64,000 bases of DNA, from contig OX597821.1 of NCBI GenBank assembly GCA_951406725.2, positions 113,460,001 through 113,524,000 of the forward strand, given 5' to 3'. The notes beneath the pieces are model-generated. The model was not told the DNA's origin, did not search any database, and saw only the letters and a list, made by a program, of their open reading frames with translations. Made by a program: the position numbers and the translations under genes. Shown one piece after another: positions 52,496 through 64,000 of this stretch (position 1 is the first letter of the stretch; every line of letters starts with the position of its first letter). This DNA is from Octopus vulgaris. Taxonomy: Eukaryota.

Positions 52496-53141
52496 TTAAC
52501 CATCATCATCATTGCCACCATTATCATCATTATTGTTATTACGTGATGACCATTTTCCATGCTGGCATGAGTTGGACAGATTGATAGGATCCAACAGATC
52601 TAAGAACTGTATTGTGCTCCAGTGTCTGCTCTGCTATGGTTTGGTTTCTAAGGCCAAATGTCATTCCTAATGGCCATCACTTAATGGACACAAATATAAT
52701 TAACCATAACAGTGTCCTATGAAACCCCAGCTCTAGTTTCATATCAATTGAGAAGAACTGATGGGCTTTTAACAAACAGACTTAGATTTAAAGGAGGCAA
52801 TAAAACAGCTGTGATATTTAAGAGTGGACAAGGTATTTTATCTCATAGAGATCAAATAAACAATGGGCACAGGCATGGCCGTGTCACTAAGAACTTTCCT
52901 TCATAACCACATGGTTTCAGGTTCAGTCCTCCTGCATGGCACCTTGGACAATATCATAGTCCTGGGTCAACCAATGCCTTGTAAGTGGATTTGGTAGGTA
53001 AAAAATAAAAGAAATTGTGTGTGTGTGTGTTTTATCATTTAACATCCATTTTTTTCATGCTATCATACAATGGTCAGTTTGACAGAATTCAGGGACTGCT
53101 TCGTGTTCTTAATGTCTACTTTGATATAATTTCTACGATTA

Positions 53142-53866
53142 CCGTAAATCCTCGTGTATAATCCGCATTTTTTTTCCGAAAATTTAAAGGTCAAAATCCC
53201 CAGTGCATACCAAATACGAGGTTAAAAATGAAAATTATTTTCTGAGCAATGTCTGAGTTTCTATTTGCTGTCCAGCAATGTTTATTCAGACACGAAAATA
53301 CCTTAAGCTAAGGCTGAAAGCAATGAAATCATAAAAGAATCATCCATAACTTGCAGTAAGCAACATTTATTAAGCGTTATTACTGTTATTTCTTTAATAA
53401 ATCTTAGAGCAAGTTATAAACAGTAGCTGCAACACATCATGACATATATTTGCTATTTAAATATGGCTAACCCCTACGGGTGGATGCTACTGTAGTTTGT
53501 AGCCCCAGGAGGACACCAGATAGGGCACAGAAAGTGTGTCTAAAGCCAGCTGGAGGAGGTGTCCTCCTGGGGCTACAGTAGCATCCACCCTTGGGGGTTA
53601 GCCATATTTAAATGGCAAATATACATCACGATGTTTTTTCTTTATTTTCTGCAAACAAAATGCACAAAAAAGCTACACATTTGCATTATGTTATATATAC
53701 AATAATAATAAAGGATGTTACCATATACAGTTTTACAAACCAAGGATGTTATATAGACCTCCTTGACTCAAGTTAGAGAAGGGGTGCATATTATACACAA
53801 GGTTTAGGTTTTTCAAAGGTACAGCCCCCTAAAAATCCCCTGCGTATTATACTCAAGGATTTACGG
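53142..53866. mobile_element. Non-autonomous Tc1/pogo-type DNA transposon with a nested fold-back element (53434-53634)
   Basis: TA|CCGTAAATCCTCG..ATAAT.CGCA and TGCG.ATTATA..AAGGATTTACGG|TA termini. Confidence 0.75.
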
Positions 53867-56501
53867 TAAATGCTCTTCTAAATGTGACCCACTTTATAGA
53901 GTGTTCTGGGTGTTCTTTTTTTGTTTTTTGTTTTTGTGGCACCAGCACTAGTGAGGTTGCCATGTAACTTTCAAGGCTGAAGAATTGTTCTTAACTAGTT
54001 TGGAGTATAATTGAGAGGGGAGTTGTTTTATACTAAGTGTTGAATGGGTAAAGTGTTATTGAAGGAGCAGAAACAGATTTTTTTGTTACTTGGGAAATAC
54101 ATGCCTAGCCCACATTATATGAGGTTGGGAGGTGGGGAATAATGGGGATAAAGCTGGAAAGAGTGTTAAAGTTAACATTGTATACTCTTAAGGTACAAGA
54201 AAGTGAATAGAAAAGAGTATGGGATGTGGGGGTGAATGTAAAGAACGGTGAACAAAACTGGAGGAGTTGCCAATGGTAAATGTAAGCTTGTGGGAGGTGA
54301 TGGATGTCAATAGAAGTGACTCAGGGGAGAGGAAGGGATGACTGGCAATACAGAAAATAGGAAGAGCAGCAGAGTAATAGTGATAATAATACAGTAGATA
54401 GGGAAAGGATGAGAAACAGGAAGGGGATGGGCAGAGGTGAGTGAGTAAAATTTGTAAGAGGACAAGGGTAGGGTGAGATCCCTCTTGTGATTGAGGTGCA
54501 ACTAGGAGTGAATGCAGTGACAGGCAAACAAAGGGGAGGATGAGGTTCAGTGTTAGTTATGAGGCGTAGGTGTCAAAAGGAAGAGGTTGCAGTAGAGAGG
54601 AAGAGGTAACTGGTAGCACAGAAAGAGTAGTCAAAGGAAAATATGAATGGGAAGGAATAATGTTGAGAACAAAGGCTGAGTGTCAAAAGAAAGTCTTTGG
54701 AGAAGAGAGAGGTAAGTGGTAACACAGAAATATGTAGTTCTTCTTTAAATTGTAGAATAATGCAGTAACCAAAGTAATTGAAGAGATGAATGATAGGAAG
54801 ATGGATGGGGTGTGTGGATAGGGAAGGCTTGACAAGGACAAATTGGGCAAGGGTATCATTTGTGTGTATACACATTATGCATCCAGAACTTCAGTTTCAC
54901 CGTAATGCAGGTCTTCTCAAGCACTGCATATTGCCACTTATCTTGGTCCTTTGTCATGTCCTCGATGTGGCTTGAAACCCTGATCTTAACTATCACTGCC
55001 TTCTCCTACATTTTCCCAAGTCTCCCACTTCCACAGGTTCCATCCACATTAATTGGCCCTTCTTCATACAGCTCCTTTACTCCACATCATCATCATTTAA
55101 CATCCGTTTTCTATGCTGGCATGTGTTGGATGGTTTGACAGGAGCTGGTGAGCCAGAGTACTGCACCAGGCACCAGTTTTACACTTTAGCATGGTTTTTA
55201 CAGCTGAATTGCATTTCCTAATGCCTACAACTGTACTGGGTGCTTCTGACATGGCGCCAGCACAAGTAACTCGCAAGACAAAGACCACTTAGTTGAAAGA
55301 GGGAGTGGAGCTGATGGGAGTGGCTGTGTGCCAGGCAAGAGATTAGAATATGAGAGAGGGACAGACAATTGTTTTATTATAGAGGAAATACTTGGCTACC
55401 CACATTTGTCACGTTACCATATGGACATAGTGACACAACAACCAGTAAAGTCTGCGTAACTACAGAAACAAATTTGAGTGAAGATATGCGATAAAAAGTG
55501 TAAGGTCAGCTGACTGCAGGCATGGGAGTAATTCCTCAGTATCTGGTTTTTAATCAGCTATTATATTACAATTTTATTGTCAGTTTTTTCATGTGGTGGT
55601 GAGCTGGCAGAATCATTAGCACGCCGGGCGAAATGCTTAGAAGTATTTCGTCTGCTGCTACGTTCTGAGTTCAAATTCCGCTGAGGTCGACTTTGCTTTT
55701 CATCCTTTCGGGGTCAATTAAATAAGTACCAGTTATGCACTGGGGTCGATATAATTGACTTAATCCATTTGTCTGTCCTTGTTTGTCCTCTCTGTGTCTA
55801 GCCCCTTGTGGGTAGTAAAGAAATAGGTATTAAATGAAATATTTAACACCCACACTCTCTGACTTGTTTGTGAGATGATATACACACATGCACACAGGTG
55901 TATGGGAAGAACTTTACTTCCTGATCACATGGTTCCCGGTTCAGCCCCACTGTGTGGTACCTTGGGCAAATGTCTTCTACTATAACCTTAGGCTGACCAA
56001 AGCCTTGTAAATAGATTTGGTAGATGGAAACTGAAAGAAGCTCTTTGTACATATACATATATAAATATGTATATATTTGTGTGTGTGTGTATGTTTGTCC
56101 TCACATCATCACTTGACAACCAATGTTGGTGTGCTTATGTCCCCATAACTTAACAGTTCAACATAAGAGACTGATGCTCCAGCATGGCCGCAGTCAAATG
56201 ACTGAAACAAATAAAAGCATATATAAGTAAAAGTAAGGTTCCTTCTCAAATCATGCCAAATCCTAAGGACCAGTTTCCCAATTTGCATGACATATAAATT
56301 CCCCCGCCTGGATGGGACGCTTGTCCATCACAGGTTCAACGTATTTTTACCAGTTGAGTGAACTGGAGCAACATGAAATGAAGAACTCAACACGTTGCCT
56401 GGTCAAGGAATTGAAACCACAATCTTACAACCATGAATCCAACACCCCTAACCACTAAGCCACATACCTCCACGCATATATATACAGATATTAAAAAAGT
56501 A

Positions 56502-58403
56502 CAGTTGTCACTAAAGTGATGAAGGGTGCTAGTAGGCACCAGCATTCCTAGAAATAATAGTCAAAACAACTCTTAGCCATGTGAGAGCACTTTCCTAATG
56601 GCTGACAAGGGAAACAGGCTTTCTCCCTACGATAAGCAAGCTGGAGTCCTATCAGTGCTGATTTCAGATTTAATCAATATTCATCAGTGATCCATTACTC
56701 CAACGCTAAGGGTTAAAGAACCTAAATCCCCTCATCAGCCTTATGGAGAACACCATAGAAAACATTGACTGGTTTCAAAAATGGTGAAGTGAGAATTATA
56801 AATTTCTTGCAGGAGTACCTGGCGTTGCTCGGGTATTAAATATTCAGCAATGTTCTTAATAGGTTCTACCATTTTTTTTTTGTTGTACATCTCTTTGAGT
56901 ATTTTTTGCATTATGTTGCAAATATTGACATTGAGGAAGAAGTGCTTTTTCCCAAGTGGCATATATTAGTTGAACAATCAAACGCCGGAGGAAGTGCTCG
57001 AAGTTTGGGTAATGGTGGTGGAGGGAAATGTTTACAAATCCCACAATATCTTGCCATCACAAGCATTTTATCCTATTAGATTGGTATTGAGAGGATATTG
57101 TCTAATTATGGGGGGATTAGTATGAACGACGCGAACTAAGTGCCATTAGTCATTTTCGCACACAGAGGAGTAAGTGAGAGTGGAAGGTTGACCTAGACCT
57201 AGCCCTCTGCAAAAAAGGTGAAGCTGTTAGAGCGGGAGGAGTGTCCATATTTTGCAGTGTTCTGTAGAACCCAGATGCACAAGTACAAAGAGGAAATAAT
57301 TTCCAGAAATGATGCAACACAGTGGTTCTTTACAACAAAAAGCAAAAGAAAAAAAAAAGAAATCGGACATTCCTTGAAACAGCTTTCTTGGGTGTAACTG
57401 CAAAAATGTGAAAAGGTGATGTTTCACTGTATTTTGTTGATCTGTCGCAAGTTAAAGAATATTAACCAAAAATAGTTTTAAACCATTGTTGAGTCATCTG
57501 TACTGTTCATGTGAGATTTGGACGAATTTGGTCAAAAATGAGGGCTTTAAGGGCAAAAAACCGGTTTTCTACTCAGTTTTTCACAATTGTTGGTCATACA
57601 CAGATGAATTCTGTGCAAATTGGAGTCTCCTAACATTATCCTTAGGATGAGTAAATAGTGTGTAAAGTTTGTATGCAATCCACCGAAGCAGTGAGAAGTT
57701 TTTGAAGATTTAAAGGGGGGGAAAAGTGTATAAAATCAATTTAAAGATTTTTTTTTTCCTTTTTTTGTCGCACAGGGATGCCTTTGGACATAGAACAGAT
57801 ACTTGGTAGAACCGCCATTACATGGTGGTATTTTAGCTGTAAAAACCAAGGAAATCAAACTTTCCAGTAAAAAGTTTTCTATCTTGTAACTTTGCAAAAA
57901 TGCGAAAAATGGATTTTTTAAAAAAGTTTTTCACAATTTTCTTGGGAATCAGAGGCCTCAAGTCAGTGCCAAAATATTTGTCTGAAATGTTGCAACATGA
58001 CAGTCCTTTTGACACTAAAATTATAAAAATCGGATGTTTCTGCAAAAACTTTTCTTGTATGCAACTTTTGCTTTTCTTTTGCAAAAAGTGGGCGGGGTCC
58101 CTTGAGTTTTATCGATTTTTCTCCTAGAAGTGGGTATCTCTAGGCATTGGTAACACAGCAGTGACCAGCCTGAGTAAATTTACCACTTAATAAAACAAAT
58201 TTCATCAAAATTGGATGAAAAATGTGGAAACGCATAAAAAGCATACACACACACACACACACAGACATTTTGAGTTTTATAGATTAAGGTGGTTATTTGC
58301 AATTTAGAAACGATAGGCAACAAATACATTTGTCACTGAAGTGCTCTCACATGGCTAAGAGTTATTTTGACTCTTATTTCTAGCAATGCTTTAATGACAG
58401 CTG
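56502..58403. mobile_element. TA-flanked TIR element (Tc1/mariner-like) with nested insertions
   Basis: TA|CAGTTGTCACTAAAG..CTAGAAATAATAGTCAAAACAACTCTTAGCCATGTGAGAGCACTT at left mirrors AAGTGCTCTCACATGGCTAAGAG..CTTTAATGACAGCTG|TA at right. Confidence 0.72.
57116..58283 (-). mobile_element. Possible non-autonomous Helitron-like element nested in the TIR element
   Basis: Minus-strand start TCTATAAAACTCAAAATGTCTGTGTGTG, then CCAATTTTGATGAAATTTG-type motifs; 3' end uncertain. Confidence 0.4.
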
Positions 58404-59214
58404 TACTTGTTGCGTGTCGGTTCTAAATTGCGAATAGCCACCTTAATAATTTTATATATGTTCATTCTTTCTTGTCCTGGAGAAAGGATGTACTTTGATT
58501 TATTATCTGTCATTACTTTAATCTGTGTTTGTGGGAGTGGCGGGAGGGGGGGGGTTGTAAGAGGAGATTGAAAGGGTTGTTGACATCAAGAAAGGCATTT
58601 AGTGGGGTATAAAGGGCTGCCTCTTAAAGTGGACTGCAAGGAGTGCAATACAGACCTCTGCTTTGGCAGCGCAATTGCATAGAAACATTTTGATGGGTGT
58701 GTGTGTGTGCAAACGTACACGTGTGTTTATATATGGAGATATATATATATATATACATATACATACATGAACTTTATTGTTCCAAAGTAAACATAACAAG
58801 CTAATAAGTATCATAAATCGTTAATAAGCAAAATCATATATGAGAACAACAGTGCTTCCTATGCCAAAGATCAATGAAACACACACACACATGTTCGTCT
58901 TATCCTATTTTTGCCAATATCGTGGCTTGTATGTATTTATGTATTTTTAGTTTTAAACTTGGTCTTCATCCCAAATTAGTAACATGGAAAGAATACAGGG
59001 TCTGTAAATACAAGCATTTTTTTTTTTCTTTTGAAGTTGTGAACAAATTTTAGAATAGAAAAAATTTTTCCCAAAATGTGGCCATATTCAAATAATAATT
59101 TCTCTATATTTTCAGTTACATAAAAATTGAGCCACATTACAGAATATACTGTAATGGTCCTGGAAGACTTGGCTCGTCTACCTTTTATGTTTTACTCGTT
59201 TCAATCATTAGACT

Positions 59215-59780
59215 GTAGCACTATTCATTCAGGTTTTCAGATCTCTGTGGTGCATTCGTGCAGTTTCAAGCAACACTCTATTCTCTCGATGTTTCATCTT
59301 CACGTTTACTTCTATCTTTTCAATCCAGTTTGTAAGCTTCCTACTTATAGTTCCTAACACTCCAACAACAGATATGATGCTCACCTTCTTCATTGACAAC
59401 AGATTTTTTCATCTTCCACATCAAATCCTCATATCTGACCTGCTTCTCTTTTTCTCTCTCTGATTCTCTGTCATCACCAGGGCATGCAATATTTATGATG
59501 AAACAGGCCGTTTCCTCTTCATCCTCTTTAACCACTGTATCTGGCTTTTGATAGTCAATTTCTTGATCACAATGCATCACTACCATATCTTTACTTTGTC
59601 GCCCCTAATTACTCCTAGTGCTTGACCATGACACATCTTCGCTCTATCCAATCCATATATGACACACAACTCCCAATAAATTCTTCTTGCAACATTGTGT
59701 CTTCTTTGGAATTCTTTTTGGGATAACAACATTCATTCATTTACAATATGCTATAACAGTCTCACCTTTATCACTGCACA
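59215..59780 (-). mobile_element. Decayed R4/Dong-like REL endonuclease fragment
   Basis: KRHNVARRIYWELC, KPDTVV..CFIINIACPGD..EKEKQVRYEDL motifs. Confidence 0.7.
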
Positions 59781-60127
59781 TTGGCAGAATCGTTAGCATG
59801 CGGGCAAAAAGCTTAGCAGCATTTCGTGTCTTTATAATCTGAGCTCAAATTTCACCAAGGTTGACTTTGCCTTCCATCCTTTCACAGTTGATACAATAAA
59901 TACTAGTTGTGCACTGGAGTCAATGTAATTGACTTACCCCGTTCCTCTAACTTGCTGGCCTTGTGCCAAAATTTGAAATTATTATTATATCAATGTGACA
60001 AACCGGAAGAATCATTAAGCGTGCTGGGGAGTATTTTAATGGTATTTTGTCCATTTTTTTTTAAACAAGTAAAAATGTTAATTCTAAAATCCCTCCAAGA
60101 GATCAACACAGTAGTTGTACTGACAAA

Positions 60128-60494
60128 TAATATTTGTAGCCACTTTAACATAACTGTCCATTCAAGTGGACTCTACTGTGATGTTTTAACCCCAAGAGGA
60201 CATCTCCTCTAGCTGATTAACGATGCACACCCGCATCCGATAAATGCAAGCAGGGCAGTGAACCCCTACCATCTCCTAGCAATGGGACCAGTAGACCAGT
60301 TCTGGTTTCAGGCTATTTCTGCCACTCTTCAGTACTGGACATTTCTGCCGTAGGGGTTTGCTCCTCTGCTCGCAATTTTATCAGAAGCAGCTGTGCATTG
60401 TTAACCAGTTCGGGGAGATGTCCTCTTGGGGTTAAAAAAATCATTGTAGAGTCCGCTTGAATGGACAGCCATGTCAAAGTGGCTACGAATATTA
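60128..60494. repeat. Fold-back element with ~100-bp inverted arms
   Basis: TAATATTTGTAGCCACTTT..TGTCCATTCAAG..AACCCCAAGAGGACATCTCC mirrored at 60395-60494. Confidence 0.85.
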
Positions 60495-61819
60495 CTTTCT
60501 TTTGAAAATTTGGTGCTTATTCATTTTGCCTAACTGCTAAGTTAATGGGAGATATAAACAAACCAACACCAGTTGTCAGGTGATGGTAGTGGGACAAACA
60601 CAAAGGCACACATACATGGTGGGCCTTCTTCAGTTTCCGTCTACCAGATCCACTCACAAGGCTTGGGTCAGCCCAAGGCTATAGTAGAAGACACTTACCC
60701 AAGGTGCCACACAGTGGTATTGAACTTGGAACCACGTGGTTGGGAAGCAAACCTCTTACCCCACTTCCACACTTGTGCCTTACAAACTTAACAAATCAAA
60801 GATAGTCCAGTCGTAATCATCTTTTTTTTTCTCCTCTACATGTAGGAAACACACGACCACATTGTTCAAATTGTCCCTTTTTTTTTTGTCTTGATGTAAG
60901 ACAATTGGGTATGGTATTTGAGCAATTTGGCTACTATTTCTAGCTGCCACACTGACTGTGTCGAAGGTCTCTCTCTCTCTCTCTCTCTCTCATTGGTTTG
61001 TCATATTTCAAAATATTTTATCAGGTGACAACAATCACACGTAATAGCCTAATAGCCGTGATCACATTAAAAAACGAAATCATCCACTTAACCAACCAAC
61101 ACAATATAAGCAGACCATTTTCCCTTTAGAAAGCTTTGTCATTTGTAACGACCCAATAAATAGAGTACACGTCTTTTTCTTTTCTGCAGTTTTTATTGTT
61201 CGTTTCTGTCTTTAAGCTGGTCTGCTGATATTAAGTTTCAGTTATATAAACTTTATAAACCTGAATGAACTGTCATCCTTCTATGGTGTTAGTATCTTCT
61301 GAGCTAAGTGGGACTAAATTCGTCTTTCTCTATAAACTGGTTTGGGTTTCCGTTTCATTTTTATTATTTTCTTTTATTATATAGAAAATCCCAAATGGAA
61401 CAGGCCCTCTGTATTTCTATTGGGTTTATAAGTTTCATATATATAGGTGCTGGGGTGGCTGTGTGGTAGGTAACTTGCTCACCAACCACATGGTTCTGGG
61501 TTCAGTCCCACTGCGTGGCACCTTGGGCAAGTGGGCCGACCAAAGCCTTGTGAGTGGATTTGGTAGACGGAAACTGATAAGAAGCCCATTGTGTGTGTGT
61601 GTATAAACGTTTAGTAGATGAAACTTCAGCGACTGAAGAAGGGGATTTTTCGTTGTGCTTATTGTCCTGTATCTCCCTTTTTTTTGCCTGTCTTGTTCCT
61701 TGGTTTGTGTCTATGTTTTTCGTCTCTCTGTGTGTTCGACGTCTTTTTGGTGTCCTGTACACATATATGCGTGTATATGTACATGTAGAGGTAGGTACGT
61801 ACATATATGTTTATATATA

Positions 61820-61885
<66 letters not shown>

Positions 61886-64000
61886 TAATTTAAAATGAGG
61901 GTGAGAAATTGGATATTAATTTAATTAACATCAATTTAACACCAGTGGTCTAGCATATTACTGAACTTTCAGATTTTATATGTTTGTGTGTCTGTGTTTG
62001 TCCCCCCACCATTGCTTGACAACCGATGCTGGTGTGTTTACGTCACTGTAACTTAGCGGTTCGGCAAAAGAGATTAATGGAATAAGTACTAGGCTTACAA
62101 AGAATAAGTTCTAGGGTAGATTTGTTTGACTAAAGGCGGTGTTCCAGCATGGCCGCAGTAAAATGACTGAAACGAATAAAAGAATATAATGTATTTATTC
62201 ATATATAAGTAATTCCCCTAATTTAGTGCGAAATCTTGATACAAAATTTTCTCTTCATATTCAAGCTTGATATGAGCCATGCCCCATGTATAAGCTGCAC
62301 ACCAGCTTTTTGTCGTTTTTTTTCAGAGAAAATTAAGTGGTAAACAGTTTATTTGTTCATTGCCATTAAACTTAACACAGCTGACAATGAAGTGGAGTGT
62401 TGGGGGATGTAGGTCACTTTAACCCCTTTTGTTATCATATTTCTGATGAAATACACTGCCTTTCTTTCAATTAATTTGGAAAATAAGAATTAAGTTGGTG
62501 TTTGGAACTTACATCCTGGAGGAGAGCGGGGAAAGTCCAGCACTTAACTGGTACTTTATTTTGTTGACCACTGGAGGATGAACAGCAAGGTTGACCTGGG
62601 CAGAATTTGAACTCAGAATATAGAAAGCTGGCAGAAATGCTGCTAGGCATTTTGTCCACCTTGCCTTCTAACATTTATTAATTTCAAATTTTGGCACCAG
62701 GCCAGCAATTTGGGCGTGGGGTAAGCCGATTTCACTGACCCCAGTATTCAACTGGTACTTATTTCATCAACCCCTAAAGAATTAAAGGCAAAGTCGACCT
62801 CAGCAGAATTTGAACCCAGAATGTAAAGATGAATGGGATACCACTAAGCATGTTACATGTAGGGTAACAGTCCTGCCATGTCACTGCCTCTCAGCCCTGT
62901 CACATTATATTAACATGGAATTTTGATTTAGATCACTTGAAAAACAAAAAAAGAGGGTGAATTTGTATCATAGAATTAGGGGCAGTCTCGGGTATGGCTA
63001 AAGGATAAAAATAAATATCTGAATAACAAGACTAATACAATATTTTCCTGTTCTATATCGAGTTAGAGATGGCCTTTTGTCATTGTTTTCTGTCGTATTA
63101 ATAGTATGTTGGTTACTACTATGTACAGGACTTGTAAAAGTAGTTCACTCTAATTGTCAGTAAAGCTGAACCTGTACCAGGCTATAGTACTTTGTTGCTT
63201 GGTTAGTTTTCGTGGTATTATACTCTCAATTTATTCTTCTCATTCTATTTTTTACAACCTTTCCACTCTCACCTATTTATTCTTCTTGGCTCTATCGTTC
63301 TTTTTTCTTTCTTTCTGTGAGACTAATATACAATACTGTGTGATAGACAGTAAATGGTTCGATAATAGTAATAACAATGATATGTAGAAATTAACCATGT
63401 TGATATCAGCTCACCTGTGGCTGCTCATACAAAAGTATTCATATTCAAATTAAAATCTCATGATAAAATGAATGGAAACGTGAGCTTTCAGTTTGTCAAC
63501 ACCAGCATGATACACATGCACACACACATACACACACGTGTATTTAAAGTTACAGACATTCACTAAAAAGTCTTCTGGAAGCCTCGGTTATATTGATATT
63601 TAATTGAAGTTCATAGTGTAAAGTCGTTAGATATATACAATCATGAGAGGCTTAAAGAATTACGGATCAATATTTTTACACGGACAACCATTTTATTCTT
63701 TTATGGAACAATGTAACTCAATGCAGATAAAGCTATGAAGAATAGCGTGTAAACCTTAGCTTTAAAAAAACTCCTTTGGATAGAAAAAGTCAAATGCTGC
63801 TTTGAAGCTGTTAGAATTAATTTCCCTTTCTCATGGGTGTAACTAGTGAGTATACTTTTATTGTTTGTCTAACTAAATTTTTTTTTTTTAAATTACATTT
63901 TACTCGCCCTAATTTTGTGCCTGGTTTTTTTATATTTTAATTTATTTTTTACTTCTATAATTCAATATCACATTTCACAACATAACACCTCATTTGTAAC

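Noticed and set aside
59116-59200. Candidate next OSBPL9 exon after TTTTCAG
   Set aside because: Immediate stop in the required phase and no good donor; the same applies to the acceptor at 61189.

Overview
Eukaryotic, AT-rich, microsatellite- and SINE-dense genomic DNA. The SINE/LINE repertoire suggests an octopus or other coleoid cephalopod (inference). The window lies inside one large + strand gene. Four short GT-AG exons (11137-11229, 25742-25819, 46299-46349, 49571-49661) splice in frame into a peptide resembling the region just after the PH domain of oxysterol-binding protein-related protein 9 (OSBPL9/ORP9). The introns are mostly mobile DNA. The standout is an apparently full-length, antisense RTE-clade LINE (~14705-20797). 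It has APE and RT coding sequence broken only at G/C homopolymers, a C4HC3 PHD finger inserted inside the RT, a (GAT)n tail, and a 5' array of ~5.5 identical-looking 333-bp monomers. Also present are many RTE-3'-end derivatives, at least three tRNA-derived SINE families, R4/Dong-, Penelope-, Gypsy- and Tc1-type relics, Helentron/Helitron-like and TIR non-autonomous elements, several long fold-back hairpins, and degenerate hammerhead-ribozyme cores, one of them linked to a tRNA-like head. Most ORFs in the supplied track are translations of simple repeats. All calls are by eye; no database search was run.
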